Source: Eledone cirrhosa (Eukaryota). From it: 52,929 bases of DNA. Shown in pieces: positions 17,251 to 30,236 of the stretch. The notes under the pieces were generated by a model. It saw only the letters and a program-made list of their open reading frames with translations, was not told the origin of the DNA and did no database searches. The stretch is taken from positions 1 through 52,929 of the forward strand of contig CAXHJY010000263.1 of the NCBI GenBank assembly GCA_964016885.1, written 5' to 3'. The translations under genes were made by a program, and so were the position numbers. Numbering within the stretch: position 1 is the first letter of the stretch; each line of letters begins with the position of its first letter.

Positions 17251-17403
17251 ATATATATATATATGTGTGTGTGTGTAGGTAGCTACTATATATCACCCAT
17301 TGACATCATGCTAGTGGGTAAAACTTCAGCTTATAAATTTCAGTTTTGGGGAGTCTCTGATCTCCAATTGTCGACAAATCTATCCAATATTCAGTTCTTG
17401 AAG

Positions 17404-17545
17404 GTTGCTACATTAGCAGAATTAGTAGAGCATTAGATGAAATCCACTTGCAACATTTGTTTTGGTTCTTTGCATTCTGAGTTCAAATCCCGCCATGGTC
17501 AACTCTATCTTTCTCACAAATTTGCTGGCCTTGTGCCTTAATTAA
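17404..17545 (+). mobile_element. Diverged SINE family A-related copy
   Basis: ttctgagttcaaatcccgcc...tgctggccttgtgcc. Confidence 0.65.
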
Positions 17546-17589
17546 AAATCAACTTTCAATCCTTCATCTTGTTCGTGGTTGTCCTTCTA

Positions 17590-18340
17590 CTTCTTTATTT
17601 GTGTCTATAGAATCCTGTCTCTTAACTTTCACTGTCCACCTGTTGTCATCCAATACTTTAGGAGTGACTAATTCAATTACATTTCAATGGTTTTATCAAC
17701 TTAACAATGACATATGCTTTTGTGTGTTTTTCTTATCGGTTTCGTTGTTCTATTGTCTTTCCACCGTATACCTGGTATAATGTTTATTGTTCATGACCAC
17801 GTTAACCTGGTCATGGCTTTGTTTGTTTGTTGTTTTTATCAGGTTCCATATTTCTTCATAAGAAATCGCTGTGGGCTGACACATTGTAAACTTGTCTTTT
17901 AAGGTTTAAGGACGGTTTGTTTTAAGAAATAGAATTTACCTTCTCGAGAGCTTTTTAGTCTAGCAAATCATTGTGTCTGTATTTTGTCTAAATGTAGAAT
18001 TATGTGTGTACGTTGAAACGAAGATATTTTTTCTCGGTTTTATCTATCGAACCACCAATTTTGGAATGTGCTAGAGTGTTGAAGTTATTGTTTATTTTAT
18101 TTTTTATTGAGTTTACGCCAATGTTCCAATACTTTCCCCATATAAGTTGTGGCTGTGTTCTTGCATTCTTTTTCCAGGCATCTCCTACCTTATACTACGT
18201 CTCAATTTTTACAGATTTATTTTTGGATTTTGTTTTTGCACATCTTGCAGCAATGTTTACTGGCACAGTAGGGCTTCTTGAAAATCGACAGCTAGATTCA
18301 TATCTTGTCACTTATGGTGTACTACGTCTCAGTTACACTG
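17590..18340 (-). mobile_element. Highly decayed LINE (RTE-like) 3' fragment
   Basis: Purine-rich minus strand with a remnant C-terminal pattern; many stops. Confidence 0.35.
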
Positions 18341-18342
18341 AC

Positions 18343-18567
18343 TACCAATAGGTACCAAGGTGCCTACTGGCCGTCAATGTAACGGATCTGGTACATAGCT
18401 AATGAAGTAACAATGTAACTATAGGTACCAAGTGCCTACTGGCCGTCAGTGTTACGGATCTGGTACATAACTAACGAAGTAACAATATACCAAAAGGTAA
18501 CAAGGTACCCAATGGCCGTCAGTGTAACAGATCTGGTGCATAGCTAACGAAGTAACAATGTAACAAT
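18343..18567. repeat. Tandem repeat, ~73 bp x 3
   Basis: Unit ggtaccaaggtgcctactggccgtcaatgtaacggatctggtacatagctaatgaagtaacaatgtaac repeated three times. Confidence 0.9.
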
Positions 18568-18648
18568 CAATAGCAACAGCAACAATTTATCAAGTAATAT
18601 TCACAAGACCACAGCGAAGGAATTAAGATTATCAAGCAACAATAACAT

Positions 18649-18825
18649 AATTGTTTCTACTTTTGGCACAAGGTCAGCAATTACCCAGTACATTTCTGGT
18701 ACTTTATTTTATCAACCCCGTAAGGATGAAAGGCAAAGTTAACCTCAGCGGGATTTGAACTCAGAATAGCAAGGGCCGTAACTCTATGTGTCAAAGCATG
18801 GTGTCCGACCCTCTACCGATGCTGC
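18649..18825 (-). mobile_element. SINE family A
   Basis: Shared core and tail. Confidence 0.85.
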
Positions 18826-18949
18826 GAGTGGCAAGTGCATCAAAAACACTAAAAAGTAACAGAGATATAACAACAATGACTATATCACCGCCACCAGCTT
18901 AATGGCAACCGGTCGAATAACTTAACACCAAGTAATACCACTAATACCG

Positions 18950-21300
18950 TAAATGATTCTATCGTGGCGGTCTGTCACATTACCTCCACGAACAACTATT
19001 ATAAAAAGGCAGTTGCTGGTGTTAACCTCTTCATAGGATAACATATCTGAGTATGTAAGAAACAAAGCAAGACTAGTAGTGTTGTAAAAGTAACTACCAA
19101 GAAAAATCAGAAGATCGTACAGAATGTCAGCAGAAAAGTCGCTTAGCTGTGTCCCTGAAATGGTTGGGAAATGCAGTGAAATGCACATTAACATGAGTCC
19201 TCCTGCATTTTCTGCATCTTCCAGTATACAGGCATAACATCTCTGGCATTTGCAAAGGCTGACATATGAGTAGGTGGAAAAATGACTGAATGCATTGTGA
19301 AACCAAACAAGCGTCACTCGCGGTAGGTGAAATTGAGCAGTAGACGTCAGGTTCCTCTTCGAAGGCGAGGCGAAGATCCACTCCATTGCTCTGGTTAATA
19401 ATGGGTAGTTTATTCTCATTCCGTCATGCCTTAGCCGGTAAGCAGCAACAGTGCTGGTAGTAGTTATACCGCCCAAAATAAGCATCTGGTGACGGCCATT
19501 TTTGACTGACGTGGAAGATGAGGTGACTACTCTGAGAGTACGTTGGAGAACTCGTCTGAGTAACGATGAAATGGAGTAAGAATTTGAGAAGCAGCACCCA
19601 GTTGCTTGTGGTGGTGAATGGGAGGTGGCCCAAGTACCACAATGTAGTGCCACTAAACATTTAGAAAACAAAAATAGGAAGGTCCACACGGCTACCAATC
19701 ACACAGCCACAGTCACAACAAAAATATCAGCAACCATAGCAGCAGCAATAATAGCAGAAGCAGCAACATCAACAATAAGAACAGCAACGGAATTCCTTGA
19801 ATACAATACAACAGATCACCAATACAGTAAAAAGCCTGTAGTGTCTCCCTCAGTAGGATAGAAACATATACGTGCAAAGCCTTACTTCTCCAGCCTTGCC
19901 TACAGTCTCTTTGATTCCGAGATTTCATCATGCGATGTACTTAAGGCAAAGGGCTGTCACAAAGTGTCATTTTTGTGGTAAATAAGAATGCAATACAAGC
20001 AAAAGGCAACTGCATGCCGGAAACCAAAACGTTTGATGAGGCGGGAGAAGGCCAATCAAGCCACCACACCCACACACTACTCCTTCCTCAACGACAATGG
20101 CGATAACAGCTAAACACTCAACTACATCATAAATAATGGGAAAACACAAATGCAACAACAACCACAGCAAAAACACCAACAGCCAAACTCACAAGAACCA
20201 TTCTCCGTTAACATTCCTGCTGTAGATAAAAATAATTTCAGTTGCTGGAAGCCATGACACATTAAAAGAAAAAAGGAAGACCTTTCAAGTTTTATCTCCA
20301 AAGCTCCATCGAACACCTAGATCTTGAAAATAAAATTTCAACATGGCGTGAGCATTTTCCGCAATAGAGAAAGCAAGACCCTCTTGGGGAAGTCGTTCAA
20401 GGATTCTTTGCCCTCTGAAAATACTGGACTGCCTGTCCTTTTCCAAAACTAAGGTAAGTCTCATTTCTTTTCTTCCGATCAGTCTGGCCTCACGCATAGT
20501 AGGTTGTATAAATGCAAGTGTCTTGGAAATAAAAGCACTTGCTAAGTGAACTCAGGTCATTAAACATAAATGGAATAACCACCATTGAGACCAAGATTTC
20601 AGGGATGACGATTTCCTACACATTTTCGACGTATATCTGGCTTATACATATCTTGGCCAACCTGGCACGTCCGGCAAGAAAGCAGCTTTATTTAGGAAAG
20701 GCCTAAAACTTAAAGTATGGATCTGCCATCTCGACTCGGTATTCAGTTTCATCCACAAATGGATTGGAAAGAGGCTATCTCTCTAAAAGCCGGACAAAAT
20801 TGGAAAATGTATACATCGTCTCCGTTTAATATTACTGCCTGACCGTTTTGCCTTGTCCTATGTTTTTTCTGACTAGACTGGAGTATCTGTCTGGAAGTAT
20901 CTACGTGGAAGTAGCACATTCCATTGGTCATGCGATGCATCTGCTTTCAACACCCTGCGCGAAGCGTTCAGTATATCATGACTGTTAATGCGTAGATAAG
21001 CACTACAGTTGTGGTATCTGCAGAAATTCCTAGACAGTATGTGAGCGTGGCTGCCTTTTTTTAAGATATGTTTTTCCATGGTTCGACTCTTTGATGGGAC
21101 TGCAGTCATGGATCAAGCAAATATATAGCTCCTATACAGGGCACGCATTTTGTTGAATGTTCTTCTACGTTAGATTTTCATAGGACGACAGCTAAGCAGT
21201 GATGTTATATAGCAATGGCATTCTCAAAGAAATTCTAGGCCTTGACGAGTATCCATTGGCTGATCTGTTTCGCGAGATTTTTATCGCAGAGAGACTATGA
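18950..21300 (+). mobile_element. Degenerate L1/Tx1-like LINE 5' half (ORF1 with zinc-knuckle remnant plus APE endonuclease start)
   Basis: Around 19605-19670 reads LVVVNGRWPK..CSATKHLENK (CCHC remnant). Around 20495-20600 reads IVGCINA...HLLSELRSLNINGITTIETKIS (APE N-terminus). Many stops and frameshifts. Confidence 0.5.
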
Positions 21301-21460
21301 ATAACTTCTGGAAATCACTAACCTGTCAGCTATCGACTAGGATGAAATAGCTGACAGGTTCGAGATGACCATTACAGGAATGGAGGTACTGCCAGCTACA
21401 CCTGTCTGAGGTGCATGTTGAGTGATAAAACTCATTTACATGAACTCATTATTATTATTG

Positions 21461-21560
21461 GTAGAGGGTCGGAAACCTTTCATCCTTACAGGGTCGATAA
21501 AATAAACCACCAGTAACGCACTGAGGTAATTGCTGGCCTTGTGTCAAAAGTAGAAACAAT
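21461..21560 (+). mobile_element. Internally deleted SINE family A
   Basis: gtagagggtcgga joined directly to cctttcatccttacagggtcgataaaataaa. Confidence 0.75.
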
Positions 21561-21677
21561 TATTATTATTATTATTTTCTTGGGGTCTCAGTCATTGATG
21601 TTATTTAACTGGAAAGTTTGTACAAATGAACATGAAGCCGCTACATGCAGTCTCAGATATTCAGGACGCATCAGAGG

Positions 21678-21736
<59 letters not shown>

Positions 21737-21850
21737 GGTGGTGGTGGTGGTGGTGGTGGTGGTGGTAGTAGCAGTAATTGTAGTAGTAATCGAAGAAGTA
21801 GTAGTAGTAGCAGCAGGAGCAGCAGCAGTAGTAGTAGTAGTAGTAGTAGT
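21678..21850. repeat. (GTA)n(GTG)n trinucleotide microsatellite
   Basis: Seen directly. Confidence 0.95.
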
Positions 21851-22203
21851 ATTTTCTTGCGTCCCCTTACATTCTGACTTCATATTTCATTAAAGTCAAC
21901 TTTAACCTTTCGTCAATTTTTTAATCGATAAAGTAAGTATCGGCGATACATTGAGAGATCGATATAATTGCCTCTACCTCCACCCATTCATTATCCATCT
22001 TATTAGTAATGAAGATATTTATCTTGTGATGTCCTATTCTGGTGCGATAAATGTTCTTGCTTCTATCATCAAAATAGCTTTGTTCATTCAGTCTAGGGTT
22101 ATTTTTCTCTCTAATTCACTTTTTATACGTGAAATATTCAGTCCGTTCCTGTGTTTTCCATAGTATCATCACTATGGTCGTCTGCTTTGTTGTCATCTTA
22201 GGT

Positions 22204-22396
22204 TTAACCTTTAGCATTTAAACCAGCCATATCTGGCCAGAATTCTTTCACCTCTTTCTATTCAAACCAGCCTTAACTGGCCGCTCATACTGACGTTAAG
22301 GTATTGATCTCAAAATAAATAATATCAAAGTCTAGTAGATTCTTTACCACAAAAATATAATAGTATATATAGAGTAATGTAAGTGCTAAAGGGTTA
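22204..22396. mobile_element. piggyBac-type MITE (TTAA target)
   Basis: ttaa-cctttagca...tgctaaaggg-tta; same family as 51930-52158. Confidence 0.7.
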
Positions 22397-22650
22397 TGGT
22401 TTTGTAGTTTAAAATCTGATCAAAATTCCTGGAAGTATTTTGTTAAAGTGTGAAAGTTCATTTACTGTCTTGTGTACGTTCATAGTCAACAAGGACATAT
22501 AAGCAAATCCCATTGTGAATTGGAGGAAAAGTAGTGGCTATCTTAATTAAGTCCTTCTTAAATCACCACAAGCTAGAAATGTCACCGTTTGTAGTTCTCT
22601 CTGTTTCGTGAGAATTTGACTAATAATTTTCATTCTTTAACATACTCTGA

Positions 22651-22864
22651 GGATGGTGGATTGACAGTATCGATAGAGGGTCGGACGCCATGCTTTGCAG
22701 CATAGAGTTACGGTTCCTTATGATCTGAGTTCAAATTCCGCCAAGGTTAACTTTGCCTTACGGGGTCGATAAAATAAAGTACCAGTAACGCACTGGGGTC
22801 GATTTAATCGACTTTCCTCCCCCCCCAAAAAATTGCTGGCCTTGTGCCTATATAAGAAACCATT
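22651..22864 (+). mobile_element. SINE family A, near full length
   Basis: Head, B-box, core and tail present. Confidence 0.85.
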
Positions 22865-23035
22865 CTTTAACTTACTCTTCATTTCCTTTTAATTTCTCTC
22901 TGATCTCTCTCCCCCCTCTCTCTCTCTCTGTCTTACACTCTTTATGAATGTTAATATTTCCTTGTTTCTAATATTCCCGTCACTCACTTTTTGTTCTCTC
23001 TTAAGAATTCTCACTGACATTTTAACTCTATATCA

Positions 23036-23450
23036 ATCTCTATATTTACTCTCTCTCACTTTATCCCTCTTTCTCTCTATATTTATTCTCGCACTTTATC
23101 CCACTTTCTCTCTAGATTTACTCTTTCTCAATTTATCCCTCTTTCTCTCTATATTTACTCTCTCTCTCTCACTTTATCTCTCTTTCTCTCTCTATTTACT
23201 CTCTCTCACTTTATCCCTCTTTCTCTCTATATTTACTCTCTCTCTCTCTCTCACTTTATCCCTCTTTCTCTCTATATTTCCTCTCTCTCTCACTTTATCC
23301 CTCTTTCTTTCTATATTTACTCTCTTTCACTTTATCCCTCTTTCTCTCTATATTTACTCTCTCTCTCTCACTTTATCTCTCTTTCTCTCTATATTTACTT
23401 TCTCTCTTCCTCTCTCTTTCTCCCCCGTCTCTATATTTACTCTCTCTCTT
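23036..23450. repeat. Pyrimidine-rich minisatellite (~34-40 bp unit)
   Basis: Unit ctctatatttactctctctcactttatccctcttt, roughly ten copies with variable (CT) length. Confidence 0.85.
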
Positions 23451-23771
23451 TCTCTCTCCCCCCTCTCTCTCTATTATTTTCTATTATCATCGCTAACAAC
23501 ACCGCCACACCCACAAGAGTTACGACTGCCAACAGTATTATTCTTACTCTATTTGAGTGACTTCCCTTAGCGAGAGAACCATCAACAATAAGTGGAAATC
23601 CATCTAAAAACAACAACGGTATTAACATAAAAATATATATTTAATTTCTTTTCTAATATTCTTTCTTCTTTCTCTTATTTATTCTTTATTTCTATAATTT
23701 TTTTATTTCGTAGAATCATTCATGTTGTTGCTATTACTTTTTGTTATTGCTGCTGTTGTCTGCTTTTAACT

Positions 23772-23835
<64 letters not shown>

Positions 23836-23849
23836 CAATAATAATAATG

Positions 23850-23908
<59 letters not shown>

Positions 23909-24266
23909 GCTAGTCTTTAACACGCATACACGAATGAACATACATACATACATACATACATCTACACACACATATATGTATATAAACATTACACGGCATT
24001 TGGATGAGTAGAGGAATAGTGAAAACTCCATGGGTCGGGAAGGTTAAGGAAATGCACACGGATAGGTGTTGTGGTGTTGTGGTTATCTTTCCCTGGTCAG
24101 GAAAAAGGTGATTGGCCTTACTAGTTTTAGTGCATATTAATGCATCATCGGTCATCACGTTCTCGTTTTCTTGTCCACAGAGAGAATAGCATCTGGTAGT
24201 TTACTTTGCATCACTCTCTATCTCTATAGTCTCTCTTTCTCCCCCCCCCCCCCCCACACTCATTAT

Positions 24267-24292
<26 letters not shown>

Positions 24293-24297
<5 letters not shown>

Positions 24298-24440
24298 AAT
24301 GTGAACACTAAAACCCAAAGATGGCTCGATAAGGATAAATATATATATCAAATATATAAGAACCATAGAGCAAATATTTATTAAAATAACAGATTAAAGT
24401 TTGAGCAAAGAATCGCTGCTTTCACCCTTAACGGGATCTT
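24293..24440 (-). mobile_element. HHR-module family X fragment
   Basis: Shares ~140 bp with 36500-36656 and 49820-49974; terminates at (G)AAGATCCCGTTAAGGGTGAAAGCAGCGATTC. Confidence 0.75.
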
Positions 24441-24458
24441 TTAATATATATATATATA

Positions 24459-24765
24459 TATTGTTATAATTTTTTTGGTGGGGAAGGGGCGTCATGTTGC
24501 CAATAAAAATATACGCACCTGTTGGTTTTCACTTCAATTTATTATAAATTTCAGGTTGACTGGTTGGTGCGATAATCGGAAGGTTATTTATATAATGTCA
24601 AAGCTCTTTCGTCACACATTTAGGGAAATTTATAATAAATTGAACTGAAAACTAACAGGTGCGTGTGTTTTCATTGGCAACATGACCCTCCCAAAGTATA
24701 ACAATATCTGTTTCAACACACGTTTTCAGATAAGAAATCTCGCTAAAAAAATTAAAAAAGGAATT
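24459..24765. mobile_element. Fold-back of family Y (same family as 36730-37350)
   Basis: Arms ~24459-24551 and ~24626-24707. The spacer holds the 3' half of the family Y hammerhead on the - strand (tgtgacGAAAgagctttgac). Confidence 0.75.
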
Positions 24766-24895
24766 ATATATATATATATATATATATATACAATATTTAA
24801 CATATTTAACATATTTATACTCTGCTATGTATTGAGTACCTTACTTACTGTGGTGACCTCCGATTGAACCCGGGATACACACACGCGCGCGCGCG

Positions 24896-24959
<64 letters not shown>

Positions 24960-25264
24960 CTATAATAAGGTTACATCAATACATATATTATGTATATTGA
25001 TTAAGTTATTCAACAAACGAAGCATAATGAACATTTAGGACAGAGCATTATACAAATTCCAACGTTATACGATAAAAAATAATCTTTCATATATCTGTTT
25101 CAGAAACGACTAGTATCATAAGCTACAATTTAGATGGAATCTCATTAGTGAAGCATGGTATAGCTAGTTGGACTGCTTTGTGTCCGAGAGACTCTACGAC
25201 GTTCGTCAGATCTTAGGTCTATAAGTTTAAGTTAATAAGGCTTAATATATATATATATAGGAAC

Positions 25265-25365
25265 GAGTAGGACCCCGACAAAGAATCGCTGCTTTAACCC
25301 TTAACGGGATCTTCAGAAGATCCCGTTAAGGCTGAAAGCATCGATTCTTTGTCGGGGTCCTACTC
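25265..25365. repeat. Palindrome (50-bp arms, 1-nt centre) folded exactly on a hammerhead CTGAAGA box
   Basis: gagtaggacccc...cttaacgggatcttc-a-gaagatcccgttaagg...ggggtcctactc; the centre is 25315. Confidence 0.85.
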
Positions 25366-25500
25366 TACTACCCTAAGTATTGAGTACTTTGGTGCGTTAT
25401 GGTCCATCTGGTTCCTTACCTCATTTCCTTCGTTATATATATATATATATATATATATCCTGATTATTACAGGAATTCTATAAGAATCCAGCTTCTATAA

Positions 25501-25591
25501 TTTTCGGCGGAAACAGGGGAGTGCGTGGCTCTGATGAACGCTAACCAGCGTGAATCAGACTGTCAGCTTCTCTCCCTTCTTTCGCCGAAAA
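25501..25591 (+). ncRNA. Type I hammerhead ribozyme with extended stem I (one core substitution)
   Basis: ttttcggcg/cgccgaaaa, gggag/ctccc and gct/agc form stem I; CTGATGA 25531-37; stem II acgct-aacc-agcgt; GAAT instead of GAAA at 25552-55; stem III cagactg; GTC ending at 25564. Confidence 0.75.
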
Positions 25592-25692
25592 GAAGTAAGT
25601 GACATAGTCAGTACTTTAAAACTGATAGCGTATTGTCTTCTAAATGATTTTAATTAAACATACGGTATATTGCCAAATATACCGTACATACA

Positions 25693-25794
<102 letters not shown>

Positions 25795-25800
25795 CATACA

Positions 25801-26224
25801 TAAAAGAACAGAATGCCGGACTTAGAATATCCTTTTATAGTTTTAATGTAGCAAAAAAAACTTATACCTATTTCAATGGCCAAATTACATCATCCGATCA
25901 TGACGCGAAACCTTGGAGACATCGTCAGGTGTGGATTGCATAATCAGTTAATCAATATACTTTATCCAGAGACGGCTTGAGATGGTTCGCCCCAACAACA
26001 ACGACGAATTTCTCGAGTTATCTCTGGATCAAGTATATTATCTGCTTGTGTTTGCCATAATTGCTTTCATTGATTAACTGATTATGCTATCCGAACCTGA
26101 TGATGTCGCCAAGGTTTTGCGTCATAATCAGATTATGTAACTTGGCCATTGATATATGTATAGCGTTTTTTGCAACATTAAAACTTTAAATGGATATATC
26201 CAGTCTGGCCTTCTGTTGTTTTAA
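25801..26224. repeat. Diverged long inverted repeat with a nested inner inverted repeat
   Basis: 25801-25956 versus 26069-26224; inner arms atactttatccagaga..cttgaga and tctcgag..tctctggatcaagtat. Confidence 0.8.
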
Positions 26225-26419
26225 ATAAATACTTAACTCTGTGTCTACACCTTCCACAGGATTCACCATCTTCGATGGATGAGTTGCATAACGAAGAGTG
26301 CTTTTCTTACTATTACATCATAGTATACTAACCGGAATGACCAGTTCTACCCATTGGTAAACCCCCACAACATAAATGGCATATGTATCTCACTCTCCCT
26401 CCTTCTTCTCTCCCTCTCT

Positions 26420-26521
<102 letters not shown>

Positions 26522-26611
26522 GCAAAAGGTAAACAGAATACAACACAACAACACAATCGGTACAGTATATGGAAGCAATATATTAGGTTAACGCTTGAAA
26601 TAGCAGAAAGA

Positions 26612-26650
26612 GGGTTTTAGCGTTTCGGACCCTAGTCCTTCATCAGAAGA
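26612..26650 (-). ncRNA. Minimal PLE-type hammerhead motif
   Basis: The minus strand reads CTGATGA-a-ggac-tagg-gtcc-GAAA-cgcta. Stems I and III are poorly formed. Confidence 0.6.
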
Positions 26651-26942
26651 AAGAATGAAAAATTAGAAAGATTGAAGTGAGGGGGTGGTGGAATTAGGCA
26701 CACAGTATTGAAATGAATTCTTTATATTAATGGTACTTAATGTATCGGTCCTAAAAACGATAAACATAATTAGACAAAGTAAGCAGGGGGAGGGAAGGGG
26801 TAAATGAGTGAGAGGGAAAGAAAGAGAAAGAGAGATAGAGTGAGAGAAATAGAATGAATCTGAAAGGCAAAGTAAAAAATAATGCCAACATAATTTGAAC
26901 CCATGTCATGTTCACATACATAAACACACACATACACCACAT

Positions 26943-27068
<126 letters not shown>

Positions 27069-27087
27069 GTGTAACACACAAGTTATT

Positions 27088-27453
27088 ATATATTGGTAAA
27101 CGGAATAGAAAATGCTGACAAATTGTTCACAGTGAAAAATAGTTTAATTAGGAATAAATGAGAATTAGTAATTATATTGGTTAGTATTCAGTTTTGGTTT
27201 TAAGTTTTACCGGTTGAGCATTTCTAAATGCTTTTCAAAAATAATTTTGAGATAGAGCGTCCGTGATGTTTGCTCTGATCAGATCACGGACGCTCTATCT
27301 CAAAATTATTTTTGAAAAGCATTTAGAAATGCTCAACCGGTAAAACTTAAAACCAAAACTGAATACTAACCAATACAATTACTAATTCTCATTTATTCCT
27401 AATTAAACTATTTTTCACTGTGAACAATTTGTCAGCATTTTCTATTCCGTTTA

Positions 27454-27462
<9 letters not shown>
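27088..27462. mobile_element. Near-perfect fold-back (arms ~180 bp) within (TA)n, with a degenerate hammerhead skeleton
   Basis: 27088-27267 is the reverse complement of 27283-27462 with one visible mismatch. 27312-27342 reads TTGAAAA-gcatt-taga-aatgc-TCAA-ccgGTA. Confidence 0.85.
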
Positions 27463-27536
<74 letters not shown>

Positions 27537-27750
27537 CTGTGTGTGTGTGTTTAATCTTGATATCCAATCTTCATCACCCTCTCTTCAGCTAAAATAGTCT
27601 AGCTGGTTAAGTGGTAAATGAAAAGTTCGGTTTAAAATCAAAGAATCTTTGTTCGGGGTTCGACCTTTAACTTTTATCTCATTTACTTCGAAATATTTAT
27701 TTTTATCCTTCTCTTTGTGCTATTTGTGTATATTCATGCATGCTTTGATT

Positions 27751-27831
<81 letters not shown>

Positions 27832-28066
27832 ACAGTGGCATCACTTTTTTTAAAATAAACAAAAGTATACTGATAATATAACATTAAATATTTCCGTCTA
27901 TTTAACCACTTACATTTTAATCTATATGTCAATAAACGGAGAATGCTTGACTCATTTATATTATGTAATTTTAAATACGAAAATATAAATAAACACTATA
28001 ATTTTTGATAGAATGAACAAAACCACAACAAATTTATTTCTCCTAGTAATCTTGTTCCATAAAAAT

Positions 28067-28262
28067 AATTGTTTCTACTTTTGAACGGAAGAAGAAAGCC
28101 GATTAAATCAATACGCAGTGCGTTACTGGTACTTTATTTTACTGACCTCGTAATGATGTAAGGCAAGGCTAACGTTGGTATGATTTGAACTCAGAACGTA
28201 GAAGGCCTTAAATCTCTGCCACAAATCATGTTGTTCCGCGCTCTACCGATACCACCAATGCA
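28067..28262 (-). mobile_element. SINE family A (diverged)
   Basis: Shared core. Confidence 0.75.
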
Positions 28263-28361
28263 GCGAGCGCCCTTCATCAACTAACATAATACAAACGAAA
28301 ATATAATCACAATACGAAATAAACCACGTAGTATTCTTTACCTTCTCCTTTCTCCACAAAG

Positions 28362-28394
28362 ATGACTTGAACGGGCTAACTATCCAATCAAAAT
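28362..28394 (+). CDS. Candidate 33-nt phase 1-1 micro-exon
   Basis: Pyrimidine tract ttctttaccttctcctttctccacaaAG, open frame (D)DLNGLTIQSK, donor AAT|GTAATT. Confidence 0.3.
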
Positions 28395-29332
28395 GTAATT
28401 TTCTTGATTATTCAACCTCTAAAACATGGTTCTCATGATAAAGTTTTGTTTTGCTGAATCAGGAAAAACGCATTTCGTGTCCGTCTTAGAGATACAGGAA
28501 CTAATACGCTAGTAGTTACAACAAAGAAAAAATAAAATGGAAAAACTTTTAATGGAAATGAATCGAACTTAATAGGAACATTTTAGAAAAAATGCATTTT
28601 ATATTAATTTCAAAATTTGATATTATACTCTATCTAAATAAGACAAACTATTAATAAATATATATACCTATACTATCTTCAGATCTGTTCATTCAGTAAA
28701 CAAAAGAACTTTATCATCAGAGATGCGATCAAGTAGCGTCTAACTACATAAGCTGAAATAGATTTTTCAAGCTGTGGCTGCTGAAATTGGAGGATCTGTA
28801 ACTGTAGCTCACTGCCTTTGATTTTCAAATAATTATGAAAATAATAATAAATTTGGAAGGATTTGATACAATAACTAACTTTATCATTATTAATCTGATG
28901 TCTGAAATATCTTACATAAAATTATGATGGAAGGCATTCATAAACACTTTAAAATATATGGCTTTGTATCAGGTGGGTTGGTATTAAAATAGATTAAAGT
29001 AGAGAATAATGTACATTTTCTACTGATGTACCGGTATACTTACGTTAAGTTCACCTAGAAGTAGGTATTGGCTGTCGTCAGACTGGTCGAAGTTTTAATG
29101 GTTGTGTGAATTGAAATTGTATGTGTTCGGCTTTAAAAATCGACTGCACGTTCGGTGTCGCACAGGAAAAGAATTTGACTTTAATGTTAAACACGCTGGG
29201 TTAGGGCTACATACCTGGGAAAACGGGATCAGTCCCACACATCAGATCAAAATCATGATGAATAGTGGAACCTATCGGTAGATCTTGGTGAAGAAATATA
29301 CTTTGGTATGTCAAGATTGGATTGATCGTAAT

Positions 29333-29521
29333 AATTGTTTCTATTTTTGGCACAAGGCCAACAATTAACCAGTGCATTACTGGTGCTTTATTTTATCGAC
29401 CCCGTAAGGATGAAAGGCAAAGTTAACCTCGGCGGGATTTGTACTCAGACCTTAAAGGGGCGTAACTCTATGCTGAAAAGCATGGCGTCCGATCCACTAC
29501 CGATTCTGCCAATCCACTGCC
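29333..29521 (-). mobile_element. SINE family A
   Basis: Shared core and tail. Confidence 0.85.
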
Positions 29522-30236
29522 CATGGGCTGATCGTATTAATGATACGAAACACACCGCGGGAATAATCAAAGTATTCACCAAATACCAGAGACTTAGAAT
29601 TCTATGGTAGCCTGCACTATCTTCGTTTATTAAAAATTGCTTCCTTTGTTCTTTCCATTGCTGATACTCTCTGCTGGTTGGAACTCATGAAAACGGGCAG
29701 GCACAAATATTGAACAAGTGAAATGCCAAAAAATTGAATGAATTATATGGTTTTGTAGCTAAGAAAATGTGAAGACTTCAAATCGAGTGGTAGACAATCT
29801 ATAGATTTAGAATTTGGGAAATGTAATTTACTTTTGGAGAAATTCCAGATATCTGACTAAACGTTAGTGTCTTATCATTTTACTTCTCACTCTTTAATGT
29901 ACATATTCCATTGTTCCGAAAAAGAAAATATTCTAATCTTTAACCCTTTCATTACCATATTACTAACGAAATACACTGCCTACGATTTACAAATCAATTT
30001 AGGGGGACTTAATAAAATAGCGAATTTACTCGGTTTTATATTATTAAGCTGATGTATGAAGTATAGCTCATCAAATGTTCTTAGATAAAATTATGATGGA
30101 AGGGTTTTCGATAAATATATACACTTTAATATGAACAGTTTAGTAGCACAAAACTAAAGATGATTTCAGTCAGTTTGGCAAGAAATGGATTCATCTTAAA
30201 TCAAGTGGCATTCATTTTGCTTTTTGCATTATTGAT

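Noticed and set aside
18922-19698. 258-aa minus-strand ORF
   Set aside because: No recognisable domain; it is antisense to the decayed L1/Tx1-like ORF1 remnant.
20285-21109. piggyBac transposase C-terminus on the minus strand
   Set aside because: The Cys-rich snippet lacked the upstream catalytic motifs; the plus-strand APE-like reading fits better.
21626-21893. Poly-Ser/Gly/Val/Thr ORFs
   Set aside because: (GTA)n(GTG)n microsatellite with no splice support.
22944-23570. Hydrophobic 208-aa ORF resembling a membrane protein
   Set aside because: It is the translation of the pyrimidine-rich minisatellite.
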